64,000 bases of DNA from Fidelibacterota bacterium (GCA_046735395.1 JBJKQR010000012.1:32001-96000), one strand, 5' to 3'. Shown: positions 18,926 through 29,760, counted from the first letter of the stretch. The notes: generated by a model from the letters alone, not told the origin. A program made the numbers and translations.

Positions 18926-19732
18926 ATGGATGCAAAAACCTTTACTACCTTTCGACAAATCATCAAGGAACAGTCCGGGATTGAGCTGACACAGAATAAG
19001 GAAGCTCTGCTGACCGGAAGAGTCGGAAAGCGGATGCGGAAGCTTGGAATCGCTGATTACAAGGAATATCTGAAATTTCTTCTGGCTGACCAGAGCGGCA
19101 GGGAAATGATTTCCCTGCTGGACGCCATTTCCACCAATGTGACCTCCTTTTATCGTGAGGCCGTTCATTTTGATTATCTGAAGGATTTGCTGACAACCTG
19201 GTCCAATGAAGGACAGGATAAGTTCCGGATCTGGTGCGCTGCAGCCTCCAGCGGCGAGGAGCCCTATACCATCGCTATTACGGTCAGGGAAGCGCTGAAT
19301 TCTAAAAGCAATAATGTGAAGATTCTGGGTACCGATATCAGTACAGCTGTTCTCGAACAGTGTCTGAATGGCGTCTATGAAGCAAAAAAGACGGATCCCA
19401 TTCCGGCGACCTTGAAGAATAAGTATTTCATCCGTCACAAGGACGCGGAGGAGGATCTGTACGAAGTCAAACCCGAACTGCGGTCCATGATGATGTTCAA
19501 ACGGCTGAACCTGACAGTGCAGCCCTATCCCATGAAAGGCCCGCTGGATATTATTTTCTGCCGGAATGTCATGATTTATTTCAATGGCGAGACACGGCAG
19601 AAAATCATTTCGGAAATGTACCGGCTGCTCAAACCCGGCGGTTTTCTGATGGTGGGCCATTCCGAAAGTCTCACCGGGCTGGATACCCGATTCAAGATTG
19701 TCAAACCTTCCATTTATGTGAAACCGGAATAA
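18926..19732 (+). CDS. cheR: Chemotaxis methyltransferase CheR
   Basis: TNVTSFYRE, WCAAASSGEEPY, GTDIS, IFCRNVMIYF, GHSESL. Confidence 0.95.
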   Translation: MDAKTFTTFRQIIKEQSGIELTQNKEALLTGRVGKRMRKLGIADYKEYLKFLLADQSGREMISLLDAISTNVTSFYREAVHFDYLKDLLTTWSNEGQDKFRIWCAAASSGEEPYTIAITVREALNSKSNNVKILGTDISTAVLEQCLNGVYEAKKTDPIPATLKNKYFIRHKDAEEDLYEVKPELRSMMMFKRLNLTVQPYPMKGPLDIIFCRNVMIYFNGETRQKIISEMYRLLKPGGFLMVGHSESLTGLDTRFKIVKPSIYVKPE

Positions 19733-19749
19733 TTCACCTACGGGGTATT

Positions 19750-20247
19750 ATGATTTCTCGTTTTGAAAAAGCTCCTACCAGTATCGGAATCGGTGATATG
19801 AAGACCAGCTGTGATGAACAGGAAATTCTTATTACCTATTCCCTGGGAAGCTGTATTGGACTGACATTGTATGATCCGGTTGCAAAGGTTGGCGGTATGG
19901 TGCATACGATGCTGCCCCTGTCCAAGCAGGATCCGGAAAAGGCCCGGAAAAATCCCCATATGTATACTGACACGGGAGTACAGTCTCTCATTCAGGAACT
20001 TTTCAATATGGGGGCGACCCGACGGAATCTCATTGCCAAGGTTGCCGGCGGGGCTCAGCTTCTCGATGAAAAGGGACTCTTCCGAATTGGTGAACGGAAT
20101 TATACCGTATTGAGAAAAGTATTGTGGAAAAACGATATTCTCATCAATTCCGAGGAAGTCGGCGCAAACAAGAGCCGGACCATGATTTTGCATATGAGCA
20201 CCGGCAAAACCTATATCCGGTCCGGCGGCGTTGAGGTGGAACTATGA
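19750..20247 (+). CDS. cheD: Chemoreceptor glutamine deamidase CheD
   Basis: SLGSCIG and GMVHTMLP (catalytic Cys/His), AKVAGGA, IGERN. Confidence 0.92.
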   Translation: MISRFEKAPTSIGIGDMKTSCDEQEILITYSLGSCIGLTLYDPVAKVGGMVHTMLPLSKQDPEKARKNPHMYTDTGVQSLIQELFNMGATRRNLIAKVAGGAQLLDEKGLFRIGERNYTVLRKVLWKNDILINSEEVGANKSRTMILHMSTGKTYIRSGGVEVEL

Positions 20248-21095
20248 CAAAGCGTGATCAGATATTACAGATTATCCGTGATGTCCCGGCTCTTCCCACC
20301 GTGGCGGTTGAGGTTCAGAAATTGCTCAGCGATAAAGATATGGACTTCAGAAAACTGGTGGAAAAAATCAAATATGATCCCGGACTGACGGCGAATATTC
20401 TCAGTCTGGCCAATTCTGCCTACTTCGGTTTCAGCCGTCCGGTCAACAGTCTCAGTGATGCCGTGGTTCTCATGGGAACGAAGCGGATCTATGAACTGAT
20501 TATTGCAGAATCCCTCGCTCCGCTGGTCCATAAATCCGTGAAGGGTTACGATCTGCCGGCGGGCAAGCTATGGGAACATTCCGTAGCAGTTGCGGTGGGA
20601 TGCGAAGAACTTACGCGCATGCTGCATATCAGTGCTCCGGATTATATTTTCACGGCAGGGCTTCTGCATAATGTGGGCAAGATTGTTCTCGGTACTTTTG
20701 TGGAGATTGAGGCGGATCCCATTCTGGAGCTGGCCCGAAAATCGGATATGTCCTTTGATGAGGCCGAAAAATCCATTCTGGGTATTGACCATGCGGAAGC
20801 AGGAGCCATTCTGCTGGAAAGCTGGAAGCTTCCTGAACATTTTATCAATGCGGCTCAGTATCATCACCGTCCCGACGAAAATCCCTCGGACGATCATCTC
20901 ATCGTGGATCTGGTTCATACAGCGGATGTTCTCACCATGATGAGCGGTCTCGGGACGGGAACGGATGAATTGAATTACAGAGCGGATCAGAAGGTGATAG
21001 ACCGTCTGGGTGTGACACCTAAATTGGCCGAGAAGATCATCGCCAATGTCCTGACCGGCATGGAATCCCTTTCACACTTATTACTCAAACAATAA
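20244..21095 (+). CDS. HDOD domain protein
   Basis: VPALP, DPGLTANILSLANSAYFG, LWEHS, AGLLHNVGK, GIDHAEAG, YHHRP; start overlaps the cheD stop. Confidence 0.92.
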   Translation: MTKRDQILQIIRDVPALPTVAVEVQKLLSDKDMDFRKLVEKIKYDPGLTANILSLANSAYFGFSRPVNSLSDAVVLMGTKRIYELIIAESLAPLVHKSVKGYDLPAGKLWEHSVAVAVGCEELTRMLHISAPDYIFTAGLLHNVGKIVLGTFVEIEADPILELARKSDMSFDEAEKSILGIDHAEAGAILLESWKLPEHFINAAQYHHRPDENPSDDHLIVDLVHTADVLTMMSGLGTGTDELNYRADQKVIDRLGVTPKLAEKIIANVLTGMESLSHLLLKQ

Positions 21096-21107
21096 CAGGT
21101 TGTTCTT

Positions 21108-21487
21108 ATGAAGTTAAATATTTTGATCGTAGATGACTCCGTAACGGTAAGGTCCGTACTCATTAAGACACTGGATCTTGCCCAGATTTCGAGCGAAAAG
21201 ATCTACGAAGCGTCCAACGGAAAGGAAGCCCTTGAAATTATTGATAATAACTGGATAGATCTTGTTTTCGCCGATATTAATATGCCGGTTATGGGAGGAA
21301 TCGAGATGGTGGAGATCATGGCCCAGAACGGGTTGATGAAATCCATCCCGGTAATTGTCGTGACCACCGAAGGGTCACAGACACGTATTGAACAGTTAAA
21401 GCAGAAAGGAATCCGTGGGTATATCAGAAAACCCTTTACGCCTGAGTCTGTCCGGAGTGAAGTCAACCGAATCATGGGGGGCGTGTA

Positions 21488-21488
<1 letters not shown>
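21108..21488 (+). CDS. cheY: CheY-like single-domain response regulator
   Basis: ILIVDDS, FADINMP, VTTE, YIRKPFT. Confidence 0.88.
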
Positions 21489-22994
<1,506 letters not shown>

Positions 22995-22998
22995 TAAA

Positions 22999-23360
22999 CC
23001 ACGAAAACACACGAATTCTCCATTTAGTCCACCAGGAACACGAATGGACACGAATTATCCAATTTATCCACGAAGGATACGAATGGACACGAATTATCCA
23101 ATTTATCCACGAGGAACACGAATGGACACGAAATTTCTATTTAATCCACGAAGAACATAAAACGCACGAATTGTCTATTCAATCCACGAAGGACACGAAT
23201 GGACACGAATTATCCTACGAAGGATACGAATGGACACGAATTATCTATTTAATCCACGGAGAACACGAAAACACACGAATTGTCTATTCAATCCACGAGG
23301 AACACGAAAACACACGAATTGTCCATTTTATCCATGAAGGACACGAATGAAACCGAATTG
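22999..23360. repeat. Tandem array of ~10 degenerate ~39-bp units with an internal 9-bp CACGAA period
   Basis: Units start at 22999, 23029, 23068, 23107, 23146, 23184, 23214, 23254, 23293, 23332; consensus approx. CCACGARGRACACGAA(TGG/AAC)ACACGAATTRTCYATTTAAT. Confidence 0.95.
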
Positions 23361-23465
23361 GGGAAAAACCTGTTTTCTATATTATTGAATAAATCTGTGT
23401 AATCCGAGCATAAGCTTCTGCGTGAATTCAGCGTTAAACTGCTGTAGTAAATACGACCTGCCGAA

Positions 23466-24710
23466 TCAGGCGGTCTGATCCGTGGCCTGCTCCACAGCCA
23501 GGCTGATGATCTTCAGGATAACATCTCTGGCTTTCAGCATGGATTCGAGGGGAATGTATTCATAAATGCCGTGGTAATTGTGGCCGCCGGTAAAAATATT
23601 AGGGCAGGGCAGGCCCATGAATGACAGGCGGGCGCCATCCGTTCCGCCGCGAACAGGAACGCGTAAAGCCTGGATCTCACTGGATGTAATGGCTTGAACC
23701 GCGAGATCAATGACCTGCGGGAACTGGTCAATGATTTCCTTCATGTTGTAGTACTGATCGGTCAGTGTCAGTTTTACGCTCTCACGGCCGTATTTTTTAT
23801 TGATGAAGGCCACTGCGTCATGGATCATCGCTTTTTTGTTTTCAAATCGGGTCCGGTCATGATCCCGGATGATATACACCATCCGGCAGGCGCTCACAGT
23901 TCCTTCCATCGCCAACAGATGAAAAAAACCTTCGTATCCTTCCGTATGTTCCGGCCGTTCCCATTCCGGAAGCATACTGTTCAGCTCCATGCCCAGAAGA
24001 ATGGCATTCCGCATCTGGTTCTTGGCTGTTCCCGGATGTACGTTCACTCCCTCTATCAGGATATCCGCACGTCCGGCATTGAAATTTTCACTTTCCATTT
24101 CACCCAGTTCGCCTCCATCCACCGTATACGCGAATTCTGCACCGAAGCGCGCAATATCAAAACGATCCGCACCCCGGCCGATTTCTTCATCGGGGGTAAA
24201 AGCTATGCGGATATCACCGTGCGGAATCCGGGGATTTTCCAGAAGAAATTCCATGGCGGAGATGATGCAGGCGACACCGGCCTTGTCATCTGCCCCCAAC
24301 AGGGTCGTTCCGTCGGTCGTTATCAATGTCTGTCCCTTGTAATGCAGAAGTTCGGGAAATTCGGCCGGATTCAGGACGCAGTCCTGTTTACCTTTCAGCG
24401 GGATGAGATTTCCGTCATAATCCGGGATGATCTGAGCCTTCACGTTTTCTCCGCTCGCATCCTCAGCCGTATCCATATGGGCAATGAAACCGATGACCGG
24501 CGCTGCTGTCTCCGTATTGGCCGGTAACTCAGCCATGACGTAGCCGTTTTCGTCAAGAGAGACCTTCTGCAGTCCGATGGCTTTTAATTCCTCTGTCAGC
24601 ACCCGGGCAAGGTTTAACTGTCCGGCAGTGCTGGGGCAGGTTTTTGAGTTTTCATCACTTTGAGTATTGATAGCCGTGTAACGAATAAACCGTGTGAGCA
24701 GATCTTCCAT
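23466..24710 (-). CDS. pepT: Peptidase T (tripeptidase)
   Basis: PSTAGQ, IAHMDT, TTLLGADDKAG, FTPDEEIGRG, VRGGTDG, PNIFTGGHNYHG; RBS GGGAG before ATG 24710. Confidence 0.95.
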   Translation of the reverse strand: MEDLLTRFIRYTAINTQSDENSKTCPSTAGQLNLARVLTEELKAIGLQKVSLDENGYVMAELPANTETAAPVIGFIAHMDTAEDASGENVKAQIIPDYDGNLIPLKGKQDCVLNPAEFPELLHYKGQTLITTDGTTLLGADDKAGVACIISAMEFLLENPRIPHGDIRIAFTPDEEIGRGADRFDIARFGAEFAYTVDGGELGEMESENFNAGRADILIEGVNVHPGTAKNQMRNAILLGMELNSMLPEWERPEHTEGYEGFFHLLAMEGTVSACRMVYIIRDHDRTRFENKKAMIHDAVAFINKKYGRESVKLTLTDQYYNMKEIIDQFPQVIDLAVQAITSSEIQALRVPVRGGTDGARLSFMGLPCPNIFTGGHNYHGIYEYIPLESMLKARDVILKIISLAVEQATDQTA

Positions 24711-24847
24711 GTCGGTCACTCCCTTGTTTTCAGTGAATTTAAGGACACCGGGGCAGTCCGGCATCGGATTTTTTATTTCCTGCCGGGATGAGGGGATCTT
24801 TATTGATATTATTCCTCATATCCGATTCCGAATAAAAGTGGATGACA

Positions 24848-26158
24848 TCAGCCTTCTGACCGCGGATCAATGAGAGCGATGATCACGTCGCCCACATTCG
24901 TGCCCGTGTGTCCGGTTTCAATATGTCCCTGTTTCAGTTTCTTAAAGAAATGAAAGGAATCATTATTCTCAAGAAATTCATCAATGGAGAGCCCGCTCTC
25001 CTGCCAGGCATCCAGTATTTCCGGTGTAAAATAGGCTCCGGCCATGGGAGTCGGGCCGTCAATGCCATCGGTTCCCGCTGAAAGAATGCTGATATTTCGT
25101 GAATTTTTCAGTTCAGCCATCGCGCTGAGGACCAGTTCCTGGTTTCTTCCTCCCAGACCTGTCCCCCTTACCTTTACCGTTGTCTCTCCACCGAAAACCA
25201 GGCAGGTCGGCTGATTTGCCGATTCATAGCTTTTTGCCACCTTCGCCACATGATGTCCGTATTCCCGCGCTTCGCCACGAACCTTCTCATCCACGATGAT
25301 ACAGGTGTAATTCATTGCCTTGGCTTTACGCACCGCGCCCACGAGAGCCATCTTGTTATGAGCGAGAATGTAGTGAGGATATCCCGTATGAACCTGCTTG
25401 GGACGTTCCCGTATGAGTTCCGTCAGGATATTTTTCGGCAATTTATCCACCAGCTCGTATTTGAGGATGATCTTTTTAATGGTTTCCATTTCCGGTTCAC
25501 TGGGATAAAAGGGCGCTGACCCGATGGTCGCGAAATCATTATCCGGCACATCCGATACGATGAGAACCACGCCGTGTGCCGAGGTCATCCGTCCCAGATT
25601 TCCGCCTTTGATACGGGATAATTTCTTTCTCAGAACATTCAGCTCAAAAATGGACAGGCCTTCCTTCTGCAGCATTTCCGTGACATCATGCCACATGTCG
25701 TAATTTACGCCGCCATAGGTCATTTCCATGAGCGAGGAAGAGCCGCCGCTCAGCAGGTAGATAAAAAAGTCGTTCATTTCCATGGATTCAAAAAGGCGGA
25801 CCATGGCTTTTCCGCAGGCAAAGGATCGGCGTGTGGGATAGGGGTGACCGCCTTCCATGATCTTCAGACGCGTAAATCTCGCCCCGTAATGATTGGATAC
25901 AACCAGATTCCCGGAAAATTTCCCCGGGTACAAAGCAGTCATGGATTTGGCCATATCGATGGCAGCTTTTCCCGAAGCCGCCAGATATATTTTTTTAAAT
26001 CGTTTCAGATCGTATTCTTCACCTTCAATGATGAGTTTCCTGTCCTTGAAACGAATACTGCGGGTCATGAAGGAGATGGACCTGACTTCTTCGACTGCAG
26101 CCTGGAATATATTGAGAATGGGGATATCCTCAAGCTTTTTCTTTTTCACATTAAACAT
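24848..26158 (-). CDS. Glycerate kinase type 2 (MOFRL family)
   Basis: SGKAA, GGHPYP, LLSGGSS, SRIKGG, SDVP, GGETTV, GGRNQE, GTDGIDGP, TGTNVGD. Confidence 0.9.
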   Translation of the reverse strand: MFNVKKKKLEDIPILNIFQAAVEEVRSISFMTRSIRFKDRKLIIEGEEYDLKRFKKIYLAASGKAAIDMAKSMTALYPGKFSGNLVVSNHYGARFTRLKIMEGGHPYPTRRSFACGKAMVRLFESMEMNDFFIYLLSGGSSSLMEMTYGGVNYDMWHDVTEMLQKEGLSIFELNVLRKKLSRIKGGNLGRMTSAHGVVLIVSDVPDNDFATIGSAPFYPSEPEMETIKKIILKYELVDKLPKNILTELIRERPKQVHTGYPHYILAHNKMALVGAVRKAKAMNYTCIIVDEKVRGEAREYGHHVAKVAKSYESANQPTCLVFGGETTVKVRGTGLGGRNQELVLSAMAELKNSRNISILSAGTDGIDGPTPMAGAYFTPEILDAWQESGLSIDEFLENNDSFHFFKKLKQGHIETGHTGTNVGDVIIALIDPRSEG

Positions 26159-26387
26159 GGTTTCTCTCCTGAGGAAGGGGCTGTTTCATTCCTGAAATGC
26201 AGTTGTTTCTGCTGAGATGGAGTTCTGCCGCTGCTTGTACCTGTCATGTTGCCAATATATTAAAAAATGCCGAATTGGGGAACGGAATATGAATTCCGTC
26301 CCGGGAAAAGAGAGACATGATGGCTCTTGTTCGGTTTTTCGGACCGGCATTAAGGCGTAAATCATCTACTGAACTCCGCCGTGACTC

Positions 26388-26416
26388 TTGTTCATGTCAA
26401 GGAATTTTCATAAATT
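26388..26416 (+). promoter_or_regulatory. Putative sigma70-type promoter upstream of buk
   Basis: TTGTTC (26388-26393), 17 bp spacer, TAAATT (26411-26416). Confidence 0.4.
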
Positions 26417-26574
26417 GAAGCAATGAAATCCGGACAGCATGCAAAGATGATTCAAATGTGCCTCATCGGAAGGTGCAATGACCTGTTCCGGGATGAAAAT
26501 GCCGGATATCTAATCAGGAATAATTATAAGCAAATAGCTCTGAAGTCGTTCAGGATAATTCAGGAAAGGGAAAA

Positions 26575-27633
26575 ATGAAAATCGTTGTTGCCATAAACCC
26601 GGGGTCGATGTCGACAAAAATCGGAGTCTTCAGCGAGAAGACCAAGCTGTTCGAAGTGAATACGCCCTTTTTTATGGGTGAACGGCCCAGGAATGTTGCG
26701 GATGAATTTCCCAACCGGCTGAAAATAATTGAGGAAACGGTCACCCGTTTCTGCCGGGAAAATGAAGTGATCGCCATTGTGGGGCGTGGCGGACCTCTGA
26801 AGCCGCTGCCCGGCGGTGTCTACAGAGTGAACGGGGATATGCTGGATGATTTGAAAAATGCCCGATACAGTAACCACGCCAGCAATCTCGGAGCCATTCT
26901 GGCGGATTATTTTGCCCGGCGTTATTCCGTTCCGGCGCTGATCGTTGATCCGGTCACCGTTGATGAATTCGATCCGCTGGCCCGTATTTCGGGTTTTCCG
27001 GGCATCGAACGGCGAAGCCGTTCTCACGCGCTCAGTATTCGTGCCACGGTACGCCGATCCTGTGACCGGCATGGATGGAAAATGGAAAAGAATAATTTTG
27101 TCGTGGCGCATTTAGGCGGAGGCATATCGGTGGCAGCCGTAAAAAAAGGGCAGATCCGGGACGTCAATGACGGATTGCTGGGCATGGGCCCCTTTTCTCC
27201 CGAACGGGCCGGAGCGCTTCCCATCGGCGCGCTGACCGAACTGGCCGCTTCCAGGAAACAGAGTCTGGAAAAACTTCAGCAGTATCTGAGCCGGGATGCC
27301 GGGCTGAAAGGGTATCTGGGCACGGCGGACGCGGTGGAAGTGGAAACGCGTATCGCCCGAGGGGATGAACAGGCTGAATTGATTTACGAGGCCATGCTCT
27401 ACCAGATAAAAAAAGAGATCGGAGCCATGCTGGCTGTCTGTAATTTCAAGGTCAAGGCCGTCCTCATCACGGGCGGGCTGGCGAATTCAGACAGGGTCTG
27501 CAGATATCTGAAGAAGGGACTCGGCCGCCGGAGAGTGGAATTTTATCCCGGTGAAAATGAACTGGAAGCAATGGCTGACGGAGCCTGGAGAGCACTCAAA
27601 GGCGAGATCGAAATTCAGGAATACAGCAAATGA
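26575..27633 (+). CDS. buk: Butyrate / branched-chain carboxylate kinase
   Basis: INPGSMSTK, GRGG, HASNLG, VDPVTVDE, HLGGGISV, GPFSPERAG, PGENELEA. Confidence 0.93.
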   Translation: MKIVVAINPGSMSTKIGVFSEKTKLFEVNTPFFMGERPRNVADEFPNRLKIIEETVTRFCRENEVIAIVGRGGPLKPLPGGVYRVNGDMLDDLKNARYSNHASNLGAILADYFARRYSVPALIVDPVTVDEFDPLARISGFPGIERRSRSHALSIRATVRRSCDRHGWKMEKNNFVVAHLGGGISVAAVKKGQIRDVNDGLLGMGPFSPERAGALPIGALTELAASRKQSLEKLQQYLSRDAGLKGYLGTADAVEVETRIARGDEQAELIYEAMLYQIKKEIGAMLAVCNFKVKAVLITGGLANSDRVCRYLKKGLGRRRVEFYPGENELEAMADGAWRALKGEIEIQEYSK

Positions 27634-28499
27634 GATTCGTCGACCTGTATGAACGGATCAATATTGAGGAGCCCCGGCGTCTCAATGTGGTGAATCCCCG
27701 GAGTGATTCCGTGCTGGATGCCGTTCGCCAGGCTGCTGAAAAAGGGTATGTTATTCCGGTACTTTTCGGTGACGAGAAGATGATTTCAGAAAAGCTGGAA
27801 AAAAATCCCCTGCCCGGCGCTGAAATAATTCATGCTCAGGATGAAGCAGCGGCAGCTGAACTGGCTGTGAAGGATGTTCGAGCCGGCCATGGGCACCTGT
27901 TGATGAAAGGCGATATTCCCACCGCCTCCTTCATGAAACCGGTGCTGAATCGTGATTACGGACTGCGGACCGGTTCGGTGCTGTCCCATATTGCCGTCGC
28001 AGATACGGATTTTGTCGGCAGGCTGATTTTTATCGCCGATGGAGGGATTACGATCCGGCCGGATCTTGACGTAAAACGGGCCATCGCCGCGAACACAGCG
28101 GTCTTCGCCGAACAATTGCTGGGGAAGAAACCCGTCATGGCGTTTGCAGCTGCCATTGAGGTCATCAATGAGAAAATGCCCGAGACCGGGGAAGCCAGGA
28201 TTCTGGCTGAGGAATATGCAAATCGCGGTTATATTGCAGAAGGACCGGTTGCCTTCGATGTTATTTTTTCACAGACTGCAGCGGCAAAGAAGGGAATCGA
28301 AAGCCGGATCAGCGAAAGGACGGATGTCATCATCATGCCGGATATGACAACGGCCAATTTTATGGTGAAACAGTTGATATTTTTCAGTAAGGCCGCAGTC
28401 GGCGGCATTATTGCAGGCGCTTCAGTGCCGTTGATTCTGCTGAGCCGTTCCGATTCTGCCGAGACAAAACTGAATTCCATTATCCTGGGACTTCTATAA
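27630..28499 (+). CDS. ptb: Phosphate butyryltransferase / branched-chain acyltransferase
   Basis: LMKG, LRTGSVLSHI, EGPVAFD, AAAKKGI, LLSRSDS; start overlaps the buk stop. Confidence 0.88.
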   Translation: MRFVDLYERINIEEPRRLNVVNPRSDSVLDAVRQAAEKGYVIPVLFGDEKMISEKLEKNPLPGAEIIHAQDEAAAAELAVKDVRAGHGHLLMKGDIPTASFMKPVLNRDYGLRTGSVLSHIAVADTDFVGRLIFIADGGITIRPDLDVKRAIAANTAVFAEQLLGKKPVMAFAAAIEVINEKMPETGEARILAEEYANRGYIAEGPVAFDVIFSQTAAAKKGIESRISERTDVIIMPDMTTANFMVKQLIFFSKAAVGGIIAGASVPLILLSRSDSAETKLNSIILGLL

Positions 28500-28516
28500 A
28501 ATATTCATGTAACGAA

Positions 28517-29125
28517 ATGGGTGAAATGCAGACTAACACTGTAAATGAAGACGAGCTCATCGACAAGGCAAAAAAAGGCGATAAAAAAGCGCAGGCGCAG
28601 CTGGTCATGAGATACGAAAACCGAATTTACAATCTGGCGCTGAGAATGATGCGCGACAGAGATGATGCGGAAGATGTTCTTCAGGAAACATTTTTGACCG
28701 CGCTCCGAAAGCTCGACAGTTTTGAGGGCAGATCCCAGTTCTTCACCTGGCTGTACCGCATTGCCATGAATATTTCACTGCAGAAACTACGGGAAAATAA
28801 GAAATACGATACGGGACTCAGTCTATCAGATCCGGATTTTGAGAGTCTTCACGGGCAGCATCTGGCCGAATGGCCGGCCTACAGCAAGAATATGCTCAGC
28901 AACAAGGATTTCCGTCAGCTGCTGGACAGCGCTATCCGGGCTCTGCCGCCCATCTACCGGTCCGTATTCATACTGAGAGATATTGAAGGATTATCAACGG
29001 AAGAAGCCCGCACACTTCTGGATCTGAGCGACAGCAATGTGAAGGTCCGGCTGATGAGAGCCCGTTTCTTTCTCAGGGAAAAGCTTGAAGAGTATTTCCG
29101 GGAATCCGGGAGGCAGGGACTATGA
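28517..29125 (+). CDS. ECF RNA polymerase sigma factor
   Basis: DAEDVLQETF, FEGRSQFFTWLYRIAMN (region 2); LPPIYRSVFILRDIEGLS..E, VKVRLMRAR (region 4). Confidence 0.93.
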   Translation: MGEMQTNTVNEDELIDKAKKGDKKAQAQLVMRYENRIYNLALRMMRDRDDAEDVLQETFLTALRKLDSFEGRSQFFTWLYRIAMNISLQKLRENKKYDTGLSLSDPDFESLHGQHLAEWPAYSKNMLSNKDFRQLLDSAIRALPPIYRSVFILRDIEGLSTEEARTLLDLSDSNVKVRLMRARFFLREKLEEYFRESGRQGL

Positions 29126-29415
29126 CGCATCATCCGAAACATCCGGCGCCTGAACCTGTGACCATCGAGGTCGGACAGGAGATGAAAACTTTCGAAAAAT
29201 TCTGCCAGGAACTGGGCAAGGATATTGACCGGGATTTCTGCCGGGAAATCAAGACTGAAATAGAGAATTGTCCCCAGTGCAAAGTCTATTTTGACACCAT
29301 TCGCCGTACAGTGAAACTCTATCAGTCCTGTGAGGAAAACGCGGCTGTGGATGAAGTCCGGGAGGACCGGCTGTTTAAAGTTCTCAACCTGGAAAAACCC
29401 AAAACCGGCAAATAG
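29122..29415 (+). CDS. Small soluble Cys-rich anti-sigma factor (zf-HC2/ZAS-like)
   Basis: Start overlaps the sigma stop; C28, C40, CPQC (50-53), then YFDTIRRTVKLY; no TM segment. Confidence 0.7.
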   Translation: MTHHPKHPAPEPVTIEVGQEMKTFEKFCQELGKDIDRDFCREIKTEIENCPQCKVYFDTIRRTVKLYQSCEENAAVDEVREDRLFKVLNLEKPKTGK

Positions 29416-29499
29416 CTTTTAATTGTTTATAAAATTGAAAATATGTAAATTTGGCCCAGGATGGCTTGGGTCAGGACACGGTAAGAAAGAGAGTGATAA

Positions 29500-29760
29500 A
29501 TGACAGAACAGAAGAATGCGCGAAGCCCGAAAGTCATCGTATTTACCACCCCGACCTGCACCTACTGCACACAGGTAAAACGGTATCTGCGGGAGAAACA
29601 GGTGAAATTCAAAGAAGTGGATGTGAGCCGGGATGCGAAAGCCGCGATGGACATGCAGCGAAAAACACATCAGCAGGGTGTTCCCCAGCTCTGGATTGAC
29701 AATAAACCCATTGTAGGATTTGACAGGCCAAAAATAGATCAAATGTTAAACTTAAAATGA
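29500..29760 (+). CDS. Glutaredoxin-like protein (NrdH/YruB type)
   Basis: FTTPTCTYC, GVPQ, IVGFD. Confidence 0.9.
   Translation: MTEQKNARSPKVIVFTTPTCTYCTQVKRYLREKQVKFKEVDVSRDAKAAMDMQRKTHQQGVPQLWIDNKPIVGFDRPKIDQMLNLK

Noticed and set aside
22999..23360. CRISPR array
   Set aside because: Units are similar over their whole length, with no unique spacers, no palindromic repeat and no cas genes in the window.
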